A DNA stretch of 54,540 nt from Oligoflexaceae bacterium (GCA_947454545.1 CANGNB010000001.1:1-54540); one strand, 5' to 3'; positions 1 through 9,248 are shown, counted from the stretch's first letter. The notes: generated from the sequence alone by a model not told the origin. Translations and numbers: made by a program.

Positions 1-66
1 AGCAAAGACCAAACTGCTCAAACAGAAACTCATCAGGAATCCAAGCAGACACGCTGACTTCCTCAT
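1..66 (-). CDS. 5' end of a secreted protein (partial, runs off the window start)
   Basis: ATG at 66 after an AAAGGT RBS-like stretch. It reads MRKSACLLGFLMSFCLSSLVFA, a typical Sec signal peptide, and is open to base 1. Not in the ORF track. Confidence 0.7.
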   Translation of the reverse strand, partial: MRKSACLLGFLMSFCLSSLVFA

Positions 67-232
67 TTCACTACCTTTTTCGTTGTGTTATGCCTATTTT
101 CTGATAAGCTAAGAGTTGTTCTCACTTCTATTATACATGAGACTTGCTTTGAGCTGATTCTTTTAGAAGCAATAAAGTTGCTTCGTCCCTGTGGTCAAAG
201 TCACAAAATTTCACAGTTTTGGCTTCCAAATC

Positions 233-1594
233 ATGAATCAAAACCAGACTGTCCCGCATCAAAAGCAAGTACGCTCCCAAACTTCGGATTGGATATTTTT
301 GCTTTGGGCCATACCAAGCCTTTGGCTTATTCTCTTAGGACTCGACTCTGTCTATCCCTTGGTAAATCAAAGAAGCCACTGGGAATTACAAACAGCGGAA
401 AAACTGGTTCATAAATTTGTTGAACGGCATAACGAACTTCCCACTCGCTTGAGTCAACTGCGACCGCTAGCTCATGAGCTTGATATACGCTTCAGTCCTT
501 ACGATCGATATGGCGAACGCTTGGGATGGACAGCATTAAATGAAAAAGCCTTTATTGTTCAATCTTTCGGACGCGAACAAAAGGCCAAAAATCTGCTCCT
601 TCAGACGGGTGACTTTGTCCTAAGAGGGACTGAAGAAGGCACTCTCGGAGTTCAGGAGCTCACCTCAAAGGAAAGCCTTCCCATCCTGTATCAACCAGCT
701 TTCCTTGAAGGACTCCTTTCGCCACGCGGCTACCTACTCGCCCGGCTCTACACTCATCCCAAACAGTTGACGCGACACCTTGTTGTCACTGCCCCCAAAA
801 ACCATGAATGGATTCAACTCAGCCTGCACGATAAAGTGAGTGAATTTTTGTGGCTTAAGAGCGGATATGAAATCATTTTCACGGCAGAAAATTCAGCTCA
901 CTACGATGGCGGTCTCTACTATTGGAACCTCACGACCGGGGAAGAAATTAATCTATGGCCAAAATTCACAAGATCCTTTTTTCCACAGGAAAAAGACGAT
1001 CAAGAGTTTTTCTTGAGCCTTTCTCACGTGAGTGATGACCCCCCACTCCTTTATTTTCTGGCAAAACCAAAACATGAAGACACCGTAAAACCAAAAGATT
1101 TTTATAGTTTTGCAGCACTTTACGCGCTTACCTTAGAGCCTCATATAGGGATGTCTCCGATCTTTCACAAGATTGAAACCAACCTATCCTATTCCATTTT
1201 TGACTATCCCCTACATCAAGCTCAATGGACGAAGGGAATTGAAAATGCACGCTCTAAACAGCAAAAGTGGGCCAAACTTCCCCTCAAAGGCGACCTTGAG
1301 ACAGTATTCAATAGTTGGCAAGAATATGGTGTCGTCGAGCATCCAGGTCCGATGACCCCCTATCACCTTTGGTGGTTAGCATCACTTTATAACGATGCCT
1401 TTCGGATCTTGTTGTCTACAAATCCCGCACAAGCACGTGTCGTTCGTAATTTTGGAATAGAAATGGCCGACGCTCTCCAAAATTTCCCCTTGGCTCCGTC
1501 TTACCTTCAAGCTATGGCGGGATCTTTGAAGAAATCGCTTCTTACGTCCAAGGCGGCGGAATACAGTGTCACCCAAGGGAACCTAGTCCCCTGA
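233..1594 (+). CDS. Membrane-anchored hypothetical protein with a GspG/pseudopilin-like globular segment, then a probable beta-propeller and helical tail
   Basis: 467-aa ORF with likely ATG at 233. One TM helix (WIFLLWAIPSLWLILLGL). The ELP..LSQL...DRYG.RL.W......FIVQSFG segment resembles the T2SS GspG C-terminal domain. FLWLKSGYEIIFTA..GGLYYWNL.TG looks like a propeller blade. Confidence 0.6.
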   Translation: MNQNQTVPHQKQVRSQTSDWIFLLWAIPSLWLILLGLDSVYPLVNQRSHWELQTAEKLVHKFVERHNELPTRLSQLRPLAHELDIRFSPYDRYGERLGWTALNEKAFIVQSFGREQKAKNLLLQTGDFVLRGTEEGTLGVQELTSKESLPILYQPAFLEGLLSPRGYLLARLYTHPKQLTRHLVVTAPKNHEWIQLSLHDKVSEFLWLKSGYEIIFTAENSAHYDGGLYYWNLTTGEEINLWPKFTRSFFPQEKDDQEFFLSLSHVSDDPPLLYFLAKPKHEDTVKPKDFYSFAALYALTLEPHIGMSPIFHKIETNLSYSIFDYPLHQAQWTKGIENARSKQQKWAKLPLKGDLETVFNSWQEYGVVEHPGPMTPYHLWWLASLYNDAFRILLSTNPAQARVVRNFGIEMADALQNFPLAPSYLQAMAGSLKKSLLTSKAAEYSVTQGNLVP

Positions 1595-1644
1595 GTCTCA
1601 CGAGAGTAAATGTCTTGCGTATGAAGTAGTTTGCAGATGAAATT

Positions 1645-2793
1645 TCAGAATAGCTTATAGCTATAGATGACCTTTAAACCCGTAGAGTAGTAAATCTGAT
1701 CATCAATGACGACAGGCTGCTGGGTCAAAACCCCTTTAAGATCATCATACCAAAGAATGCGACCGTCGGTATTGTTGAGAGCTGTGATACGCCCCTCACT
1801 TCCTCCAAGGAAAATAGATTTCTCTCCGAGGGTTATGGACTTAACAGCCTGCCCTAAACCAACTTTCCATAGGACACGTCCGTTGCTTGCCTGCAGCGCC
1901 GACACATCCCCATTCACGCTCGCGAGATAAAGAGTCCCGTCACGGTAAGCCGAAGCTGTTATCGTCGGATAACTTTCTTGCCACAAAGCATCACTAGGCT
2001 TTTGGACTGTCCCGTAAGCAAACACCTGACCATCTAAACGCGTGACATAAACCTGACGATTGCCCACTGCAATTTCGCCAACAATGTCCCGATAGCGAGA
2101 ATCATCTTTGCCAACTTCGATCTTCCAATTCTCCTTGCCAGAAGCCAGAGAGATTGAAAATAATTGACCGTCGCTGTTGCCCAAGAAGACTTCATTGCCT
2201 GATGCCACTGGCGCGGCGGCACTGCGCATGGTGAGACTACTCGGTGTTCCCGCATCGAAGACCCATTGAGTTTGACCAGTTTGGAAGTCTAAAGAGAACA
2301 GCTTTTGATCGACTGTGTAAGCGAGGAGCGAAGAACCTGCGAGACTGATACGAGTCGCTAAAAACCGACTTAGGCGAACATCCCACAAGACCTTACCAGA
2401 CTGGCTCTCAACTTTTACCAAACGCCCATCTCTAAGTGGCAAAATGGCCCAACTACCAAACACACCGACAGGCGCCGTCAGATCTGCCTTGGCAGGAAAC
2501 CACCAGGCATACTTCTTGTTCTTCAAGTCGTAGGCAGCGACCCACTCTTTCCGCGGAGAACCGAGGAGATACGAACCTGCAAGACTCCAACCAGACTCAT
2601 CAATGGATCCCAGCGGCTTAATCGCATCAAGTTCGGGATCTATTTTTATAAAACCAGTGCGGAAGGGTCGACAGGTCTCGGGCGCTCCGTCAGGATCGCA
2701 TTGAGAAGCATGTGTCTGTGTCTGATGCGTGCACGAGGCAAGCAATAAACAAACAATTCCAAACAGTCCTATACTGGCTTTACAACCCATCAC
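1645..2793 (-). CDS. bamB: BamB-like PQQ-repeat beta-propeller outer-membrane lipoprotein
   Basis: Lipobox LLASC. Repeated G-x-x-x-W blades (SGKVLW, TGQTQW, SGKENW, NGRVLW, DGRILW). Directly downstream of a YfgM-like gene, the conserved yfgM-bamB order. Confidence 0.75.
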   Translation of the reverse strand: MMGCKASIGLFGIVCLLLASCTHQTQTHASQCDPDGAPETCRPFRTGFIKIDPELDAIKPLGSIDESGWSLAGSYLLGSPRKEWVAAYDLKNKKYAWWFPAKADLTAPVGVFGSWAILPLRDGRLVKVESQSGKVLWDVRLSRFLATRISLAGSSLLAYTVDQKLFSLDFQTGQTQWVFDAGTPSSLTMRSAAAPVASGNEVFLGNSDGQLFSISLASGKENWKIEVGKDDSRYRDIVGEIAVGNRQVYVTRLDGQVFAYGTVQKPSDALWQESYPTITASAYRDGTLYLASVNGDVSALQASNGRVLWKVGLGQAVKSITLGEKSIFLGGSEGRITALNNTDGRILWYDDLKGVLTQQPVVIDDQIYYSTGLKVIYSYKLF

Positions 2794-2805
2794 AGCATTC
2801 GCCTT

Positions 2806-3621
2806 TTATTGAGCTTGTTGGGGAACCAAAGCGAGTAGACTGCGCGCTCGATCCGCTTCCATTGAGTTATCATGTTCCGATACCAGCTGATTCAAGGTAG
2901 CCTGAGCTTGAGAGAAATCTTTTTTCAAAAGTAAAATTTGCCCTTTGGTGAGCAATGCCTTGGCTTTCAAGTCAGGTTGCACGACTTTCAAAAACTTATC
3001 GGAATACTCTAAGGCCTTGTCCAGCTGGTCACGATCTTCAAGAACCGAAATCAGTAAAAGGTATGTCTGGACTTTAAGTATGGAGTAGGACTGGGACGGT
3101 TCAGCCATAGCTTCGAGAGCCTTTTGAGCCGCTTCGAGATCACCCTTTTCAGCCGCAAAGCTCGCATACTTCAATCCAGCCACCAAACCCTCAGCAGATT
3201 TTGGATTTTGATCGTAGTACGCTTTGTATTCCTGCGCTGATTTTGAATGATCTGCTTTGAGTGCTTGAATGCTGGCATCTAATGCCTTGATCTCAGGAGT
3301 CTCCGCCGTCGCTTTGTCGGATCCGTTTGGCAAAGCTGCACGCAAAGTGTCACGCTTTTTTTCGAGATCTTCGCGCTGTTTACCGAAGGACTTCATTTCG
3401 TCTTCGAATGTCTGATCGATTTTTGCCAGCTCATTCGCACGCTTTTCTTGGCTCTTATTCAGGCCATAGCGAACTCCAACCGTTCCACCAAGTGCGACCA
3501 CGAGGACTGCGGCCCCAATCCCAATGACTTTCGGATTATTTGCTAATTTTGCTAAAATCTCCAAGACCTGCGCTTGGAAAGCATCGATGCCGCGAAGTGA
3601 TTTGCTCTGTTCGCCAGCCAT
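2806..3621 (-). CDS. YfgM-like membrane-anchored TPR protein
   Basis: Likely ATG at 3621 after AAAGGGG. One TM segment (VIGIGAAVLVVALGG), a coiled coil and TPR-like helices. Immediately upstream of the bamB-like gene. Confidence 0.7.
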   Translation of the reverse strand: MAGEQSKSLRGIDAFQAQVLEILAKLANNPKVIGIGAAVLVVALGGTVGVRYGLNKSQEKRANELAKIDQTFEDEMKSFGKQREDLEKKRDTLRAALPNGSDKATAETPEIKALDASIQALKADHSKSAQEYKAYYDQNPKSAEGLVAGLKYASFAAEKGDLEAAQKALEAMAEPSQSYSILKVQTYLLLISVLEDRDQLDKALEYSDKFLKVVQPDLKAKALLTKGQILLLKKDFSQAQATLNQLVSEHDNSMEADRARSLLALVPQQAQ

Positions 3622-3836
3622 AGCCGAGCCCCTTTTTACTGCCAAAATAACGTGGAAAAGCACCTTCGAACAAACTGTGATACTATAGTTCTTATTGATC
3701 TTTGCCTAGTACATTCCTCTGGTTCCGTGACGTTGGAGAGGGTCAGCACACGAGCCCCCCCACAATTCTCGTAGGGCTCCAGATCTGCGCACGCGCCGGA
3801 CAGAGCACGCAAACCCAGCACTGAAGGGAAGGAACC

Positions 3837-6794
3837 ATGGGCGCTTCCGGGCTTGGCAACCTGCTCGTCAAAGAGGGCTTTCTCACCGAACAAGATCGCC
3901 AGACGATCGTCAAAACATGTGGTCAAGGTAGCTGGGCTTTCGCCAAGAGTATCCTCACGATGGGACTGTTGGATGAAGACGAGCTGGCGGCATTTCTTGC
4001 CGAGCGAACACGCTATGTCGTAGCACCTAGAGATCTGCTGGACCGGATCGACCCCAATATCACAAAAAAGATTGATAAGCGTCTTCTGAGTAAACTGGAA
4101 ATACTCCCGATTGAAATGGACCACTATCGCATTACTGTCGCGGTAGCCGATCCCCTTGATAAGGCCACTCTGCGCCAACTCGAATTTTTTACTGGCCTTG
4201 AGGTCGTACCCATCATCGCCCCTATCTCCCAGATCTACGAAGGTCTCATGCGTCTCAATCCAGACTTCCGTCCAAGTCTGACAGCCCTCACCCACTTCCT
4301 TCGTAATCATTCTGGCTCAGCATGGGTTAAGCAGAAGATTGTTGAAAACCCAGACGCCCAGCATATCGCACCGCTGCCTCCTCCAGACCGCCATGGAGCT
4401 CATACTCCGAAAGCTCCCGTTAGGACTGAGGAAGAGTTTGAGCTCGAGGATCTACCCGAACCGACTCACAAGCACCATCAGCTCAATCTCGACGATCTCG
4501 AAGCCCCAAGCTTTGACTCGGGATTCCGCGACAGTGACTTCAGTGACATTCCGATCGATGCAGGGGCGGATGCTGATTTGCTTGGAGAAATAAGCGACAC
4601 ACCGACAGCGACCTCTGGTGGCGTGGGCTTCGGTTTCGATTTTGATGAACCTGCTTCAGCTCCTTCGACTGGACAGTCCTCAGGTGCCGACCTTGGCCTT
4701 TGGGGTGACGAAGAAACTTCTGACACTCCCCCCAAGGATGATGAAGGACGTGATGAACTCGGACTTTGGGGCGACGAAGAGCCGGCAACCTCAAGCCCGG
4801 CAGCCAAGCCGAACCAGACTGCCGCCGATGAGAGCGACGATGCCCTGGATGTTCTGGGTTCTATGGACTCAACGGAGGAATCTTCATTCTCTGCAGAGGA
4901 AGCTGATACCGATATTGAGCTAGAGGAGCCCAATGAGGCGGAAGCTTCGTCTAGCTCCGATTTCGATGACGAAGCTCCCGCACTTGAAGAAAGTGTCGAC
5001 TTCACCCATGAACCCATGGCCACCGAAGAAACTGTTGATTTTGATAGCGACTCGACGGCCACCGAGGAAACTGCAGATCTTGATGGCGAATCCTCAGCTT
5101 TTGAAGAGATCGCTGATCTTGATGGTGAAACACCACAGGAAGACAGCAACGAACTTGAAGCTGAACTTTCTGCGAGTTTTCCAGACCTGGAGTCTGAAAT
5201 TTCACTAGAAGATGAAGCCTCACTCTCTGCGGAGACGGAGTCGATAGCGACTCAAGAGGAATCGGCACAGTCTTCCGATGAAGCAGTCAACGAAGAACTC
5301 GATCTTGAAGAAAGTTTCGATCTTGAAACTGAAGCTCAAGCAACTCCTGACTCTAAGGATCAAGAGGCAGATGAAGCTTTAAATTTCAACGCTTCCGAAA
5401 CAGAAGACTCGGCAGACCTGAAAGTTTCAGATTCTTCTGAAGAGTTCCAAGACCTTCTTCAAACGGAAGGCGTGATGAATGAAGAGCTCACGAGCACAAC
5501 TGAAATTTTGGACTCCATTCTTCCCGAAGGGGAGCTCCCCCTCGCACTTGAAGAAGACTTAGAAATCGATGAGATTACTTCTCACGATAGAGAAATCAAA
5601 GATAAAAAGACTGTCGACACACCTTCAGAGATCTTTGATTTCTCATTTTCTGATGATTTTGAGTCAAACTCTGATGGCAGCTATCAACGCAAAACTGTCC
5701 ACCAAAGCGACCCGCTGCCCATGGAAGCTTTGGGACTTACAGCTGATATTGATAGCTCCGTTCCTCTCGCCGAGCTTTTGCAGGACCCAGGACAAGCAGA
5801 ACTCTCATCTCTTGAGCCAGAGCCTTCGGCACAGGGCCATGTGCTTGACACTTTAAGTGACGATTTAGCTATTTCCAATTCAGATCATGACTCAAGTATA
5901 CTGAACTTAGTCGAGCAGCATGGACTCAAGGATAGCTTTGAAAGTGCGCTTGACGTTGACCTGCAGCTTGACGAAGAACAAGCACCCGCAACACTTCCGC
6001 TTGACCTAAACCCTCATGAAGAAGTTCTGGAGAGAGTCGACGAAGACAGTGATCTCCAGGCTCCAAAGAATGTTGGATTCTCTCCAAGTCCTTCTGATTC
6101 TTCACACTTTGGCGGCTCAGATTCGAATCTCTTATCGATTCTTTCCTTTAATGACTCAACGCCTCAGAACCCACATCTAAGCGCTCAAGAGCAAAAGATC
6201 GCTGAAGCTCGAGCCTCCGAGCCTTTCGTGGCTGATGATGATATTCAACTCAGCCGAAAGCAAGCTCGCTCCGTGGACGACGATGATGTCCCCGCGCTTG
6301 TTTCTCCGAACAGAAAAGGGGCTAAAGCTCTCGAACGACGTTTACCTCCTCCACTTCCTGTTGGAAACATGATCGATAGAACTCATCAACTCATGTCTCA
6401 ACTCAGCCTTTGCTTTGATGCAGGTCAGGCCCAGACACTCTTACGTGAACATCTCCCCCATCTCACTAAAGAGGGGGCTCTCATCACCTTTACCCCGGAT
6501 CCTCAAATACTCTTGGTCTGGAAGGACGGGCAACCCGGAGTTCAACTCTCCGCACCTTTCCTGAAATTTATAAGAAATCTTCGTCCTCAGATTCGCCAAG
6601 GAACCTGGAGTCAAATTCAAATCCCTCGCTCTGCGCAATGGATAGGCAAATCGAGTGAGCTCAATCTTTATGCCTTGACTGAGGAAAGTCAGCTCTATCT
6701 TTGGCTATCAAGCCCAGATTCGGAGGCAAAAGAGGAGCGAGAACTCATGGTAGAACTCATCCACCAAGTGCTCCGGAAGAACTGGTCCCCTTAA
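3837..6794 (+). CDS. MshEN/GspE-N-like domain fused to a long acidic low-complexity region and a small C-terminal domain (no ATPase)
   Basis: The N-terminus (LGNLLVKEGFLT...ILTMGLLDEDELAAFLAE...ILPI.....ITVAVADPLD...L..LEFFTG..V.P.IA) matches the PilB/GspE N-terminal domain. About aa 195-820 is D/E/S-rich. No Walker A. RBS GGAAGG. Confidence 0.75.
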   Translation: MGASGLGNLLVKEGFLTEQDRQTIVKTCGQGSWAFAKSILTMGLLDEDELAAFLAERTRYVVAPRDLLDRIDPNITKKIDKRLLSKLEILPIEMDHYRITVAVADPLDKATLRQLEFFTGLEVVPIIAPISQIYEGLMRLNPDFRPSLTALTHFLRNHSGSAWVKQKIVENPDAQHIAPLPPPDRHGAHTPKAPVRTEEEFELEDLPEPTHKHHQLNLDDLEAPSFDSGFRDSDFSDIPIDAGADADLLGEISDTPTATSGGVGFGFDFDEPASAPSTGQSSGADLGLWGDEETSDTPPKDDEGRDELGLWGDEEPATSSPAAKPNQTAADESDDALDVLGSMDSTEESSFSAEEADTDIELEEPNEAEASSSSDFDDEAPALEESVDFTHEPMATEETVDFDSDSTATEETADLDGESSAFEEIADLDGETPQEDSNELEAELSASFPDLESEISLEDEASLSAETESIATQEESAQSSDEAVNEELDLEESFDLETEAQATPDSKDQEADEALNFNASETEDSADLKVSDSSEEFQDLLQTEGVMNEELTSTTEILDSILPEGELPLALEEDLEIDEITSHDREIKDKKTVDTPSEIFDFSFSDDFESNSDGSYQRKTVHQSDPLPMEALGLTADIDSSVPLAELLQDPGQAELSSLEPEPSAQGHVLDTLSDDLAISNSDHDSSILNLVEQHGLKDSFESALDVDLQLDEEQAPATLPLDLNPHEEVLERVDEDSDLQAPKNVGFSPSPSDSSHFGGSDSNLLSILSFNDSTPQNPHLSAQEQKIAEARASEPFVADDDIQLSRKQARSVDDDDVPALVSPNRKGAKALERRLPPPLPVGNMIDRTHQLMSQLSLCFDAGQAQTLLREHLPHLTKEGALITFTPDPQILLVWKDGQPGVQLSAPFLKFIRNLRPQIRQGTWSQIQIPRSAQWIGKSSELNLYALTEESQLYLWLSSPDSEAKEERELMVELIHQVLRKNWSP
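4977..5132 (+). repeat. Four degenerate 39-nt (13-aa) tandem repeats within the acidic protein
   Basis: PALEESVDFTHEP / MATEETVDFDSDS / TATEETADLDGES / SAFEEIADLDGET. LGLWGDEE is also duplicated at 4692-4715 and 4758-4781. Confidence 0.8.
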
Positions 6795-6906
6795 CTGGGC
6801 AGCTTGGGATTTTTCGATTTGCTGTATTGACCCCTCACCCCCCTTATTTGTTAAGTTAGCTTACAAACATCAAGCTCGATCGCAACCGGCAAAAAGGGGC
6901 TTCACT

Positions 6907-9048
6907 ATGCTGAAAAAACAGCTACTTATGAGTGGTCTGATGCTGCTTCAGACTTTTCAGGGGCAGGCTCATGCTTCAAGTATTCCTAAAAGTCGTGCAA
7001 AATTTTTAACTCTCAGCACTCAAACCTACGGGACAGGCGGCATCGGTATACGATCGTCTTCAGAACAGCGTGCTCCGTCGCAGGCCGACCTTCCAGAGGT
7101 CACTGTCTCTGCCAACGGCCTCATTATAAAAACTCAAGCGCAAACGATTTCGGTGCCTACAGGTAATGAAATGGCTGATCGCTTTCTTTGGCTTTGGTGG
7201 GATTTGCATAATCCTAAAAACGCTTATTTCAGCCGTTTAGATGTTCCTTACCATGCAGCCGAAACCCTCATCGTCGAAGCTCCTGATAACGGTCACATGA
7301 CAACCAGCGAGGGTATGAGCTATTGGGTTTGGCTTGAGGCCATGTTCGGTCGTTATACGGGAGACTATAGCCTATTAAACTATGCCTTCGATCGCATCGA
7401 ACGCTTTGCAATTCCAAATTTTCAACCCAATATTGGCAGCTACCAAGCTCAATCACCAGCGACTTATGCTCGTGAAAACCCTTTACCAGAGCAGTATCCA
7501 TCTCCCCTTGAATCTTGGGTTCGCCCAGGTATCGACCCGATTGCGAATGACTTGCGTTCGACCTATGGAGATAGCATTTATGGCATGCATTGGCTGATCG
7601 ATACGAGTAATTGGTATGGCTATGGCTCTCAAGACGAACCGACATTTATTAATACTTTTCAAAGAGGCCGACAGGAGTCTGTCTGGGAGACAGTGCCGCA
7701 CCCTTCCATTGATGACATGAGATTTGGTGCAGCTTCAGAGGGTTTTTTAAGTCTTTTTACTCAAGACTCTAATGGCTATAAGCGCCAATGGCGCTACTCG
7801 AATGCACCGGATGCCGATGCTCGACTGGTACAAGCAACTTATTGGGCTAAGATTTATGCAGAAGAACAGGGGCACACAGCGCATCTCGAGCCTGTCATTG
7901 CCAAAGCTAGCAAAATGGGCGATTTTCTTCGCTATAGCTTCTTTGATAAATATTTCAAGACTATCGGCTGCCATAATCCCAACTGCACACCGGGGCAAGG
8001 TTATGATGCCGCTCACTATCTGCTGAGCTGGTACTATGCATGGGGAGGCTCTCATCCTCAAGATGCTGGCTCTTGGTCGTGGCGTATTGGAGGCAGCCAT
8101 GCTCACTTTGGCTATCAAAATCCCTTGGCAGCTTTTGCCCTTGCTCAGAACAGCGATTTTCAGCCCAAGAGCGCACAAGGAGCAGGGGACTGGAAGGTAA
8201 GCCTTTCCCGTCAGCTTGAGTTCTATCGCTGGCTTCAGTCCGCAGAGGGAGCCATTGCTGGTGGTGCCACCAACAGCATCGGAGGCCGCTACGAAAGCGC
8301 TCCTCAAGGAACGAGCGAATTTTACGGACTCTCCTACGAATCAGATCCCGTCTATGCCGATCCAGGTTCCAACACCTGGTTTGGCTGGCAAGCTTGGTCT
8401 ATGCAGAGAGTCGCAGACTATTATGCACAGTCCGCAGATGCATCCGTCGTTCCCCTGCTCGATCGATGGGTTACCTGGGTGCTTGGTGAAATCAAGTTTT
8501 CCAATGATGGAAGCTTTCTGATTCCCTCGACTCTCGAGTGGACAGGACAACCGTTTTCATGGAATCCCAGTGCCCCTCAATGGAACTCTCAGCTTCATGT
8601 TCGTGTCACAGATTCTAATCAAGACGTAGGCATCGGAGCTGCTCTGGCCAAAACATTGATGATCTATGCAAAAGCCAGCGAAAGACATCAGGGAGTCGCA
8701 CGCAGTGAAGTCATAGCCAAAGCTAAAGGATTACTTGATCGTCTGTGGCTCAAAGGTCGTGATGAAAGAGGACTGTCTTTTCCTGAAATTCGAAAAGACT
8801 ATGCACGATTCCTAGATCCTGTTTACGTACCGAACTCTTTCCAAGGTAAGATGCCCTCCCAGGCTCTCGTCAAGAACGGTGTAAACTTTTTAAGCTTAAG
8901 GCCCCAGTATCGCGACGATCCGGATTTCGCTAAGGTCGAGACTTATCTGAAGGGCGGAGAAGCTCCTACCTTCCATTACCATCGCTTTTGGGCCCAAGTG
9001 GAAGCAGCCCTCGCCTATGCTGAATATGATCGCTTGATTCATGATTGA
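6907..9048 (+). CDS. Glycoside hydrolase family 48 (cellobiohydrolase-type), secreted, no CBM or dockerin
   Basis: GH48 motifs ETLIVEAPD.GH.TTSEG.SY, YGMHWL.D..NWYG, INTFQRG.QESVWET, WRY.NAPDADAR, HYLLSWYYAWGG, SHAHFGYQNP and YHRFWAQ. Signal peptide ending AHA. Confidence 0.95.
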   Translation: MLKKQLLMSGLMLLQTFQGQAHASSIPKSRAKFLTLSTQTYGTGGIGIRSSSEQRAPSQADLPEVTVSANGLIIKTQAQTISVPTGNEMADRFLWLWWDLHNPKNAYFSRLDVPYHAAETLIVEAPDNGHMTTSEGMSYWVWLEAMFGRYTGDYSLLNYAFDRIERFAIPNFQPNIGSYQAQSPATYARENPLPEQYPSPLESWVRPGIDPIANDLRSTYGDSIYGMHWLIDTSNWYGYGSQDEPTFINTFQRGRQESVWETVPHPSIDDMRFGAASEGFLSLFTQDSNGYKRQWRYSNAPDADARLVQATYWAKIYAEEQGHTAHLEPVIAKASKMGDFLRYSFFDKYFKTIGCHNPNCTPGQGYDAAHYLLSWYYAWGGSHPQDAGSWSWRIGGSHAHFGYQNPLAAFALAQNSDFQPKSAQGAGDWKVSLSRQLEFYRWLQSAEGAIAGGATNSIGGRYESAPQGTSEFYGLSYESDPVYADPGSNTWFGWQAWSMQRVADYYAQSADASVVPLLDRWVTWVLGEIKFSNDGSFLIPSTLEWTGQPFSWNPSAPQWNSQLHVRVTDSNQDVGIGAALAKTLMIYAKASERHQGVARSEVIAKAKGLLDRLWLKGRDERGLSFPEIRKDYARFLDPVYVPNSFQGKMPSQALVKNGVNFLSLRPQYRDDPDFAKVETYLKGGEAPTFHYHRFWAQVEAALAYAEYDRLIHD

Positions 9049-9059
9049 ACGGACGTGAG

Positions 9060-9222
9060 GAACTCTCCTCGAGAGAGGAGAGAGGGATTCTGGCACAACT
9101 GATAGGTTAGGTTTCAGCAGGAGGAAAAGGAAGTAATTCAGCAGCAGCAGGGATAGTTTGAAGCGTTTTCTCAAACCAGGGTGACAGTAGAGCCAGAATC
9201 CTCCCGGGTGTAGACCCGGATA
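9060..9222 (-). ncRNA. Candidate sigma54-dependent small RNA (~160 nt)
   Basis: Lies downstream of a -24/-12 motif. Hairpins at 9204-9218, 9156-9176 and 9063-9082, plus a CU-rich tract. No convincing ORF after the predicted start. Confidence 0.4.
9063..9082. terminator. Hairpin just after the GH48 stop
   Basis: ctctcctc-gaga-gaggagag, an 8-bp perfect stem with no clear U-tract on either strand. Confidence 0.5.
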
Positions 9223-9232
9223 TCATTCTTAT

Positions 9233-9248
9233 TGCAGCTCGTGTGCCA
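9233..9248 (-). promoter_or_regulatory. sigma54 (-24/-12) promoter-like motif
   Basis: The minus strand reads TGGCAC-ACGAG-CTGCA, against the consensus TGGCAC-N5-TTGCW, with exact GG-N10-GC spacing in intergenic DNA. Confidence 0.55.

Noticed and set aside
4977-5132. 39-nt periodic repeats as a possible CRISPR array
   Set aside because: The repeats are in-frame, degenerate at synonymous positions and lack unique spacers, and there are no cas genes. This is a protein repeat.
4478-5268. Long Ser-rich antisense ORFs (4478-5149, 5002-5268)
   Set aside because: These are shadows of the acidic low-complexity plus-strand gene (GAA/GAT codons read as Ser/Phe/Ile on the reverse strand). There is no independent coding signal.
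8896-9226. Minus-strand ORFs (92-aa TTG ORF 8896-9174 and a 39-aa ATG ORF at 9226) as products of the sigma54-like promoter
   Set aside because: The first overlaps the GH48 3' end by about 150 nt and lacks a well-placed RBS. The second starts upstream of the predicted +1. A small peptide cannot be fully excluded without Ribo-seq.
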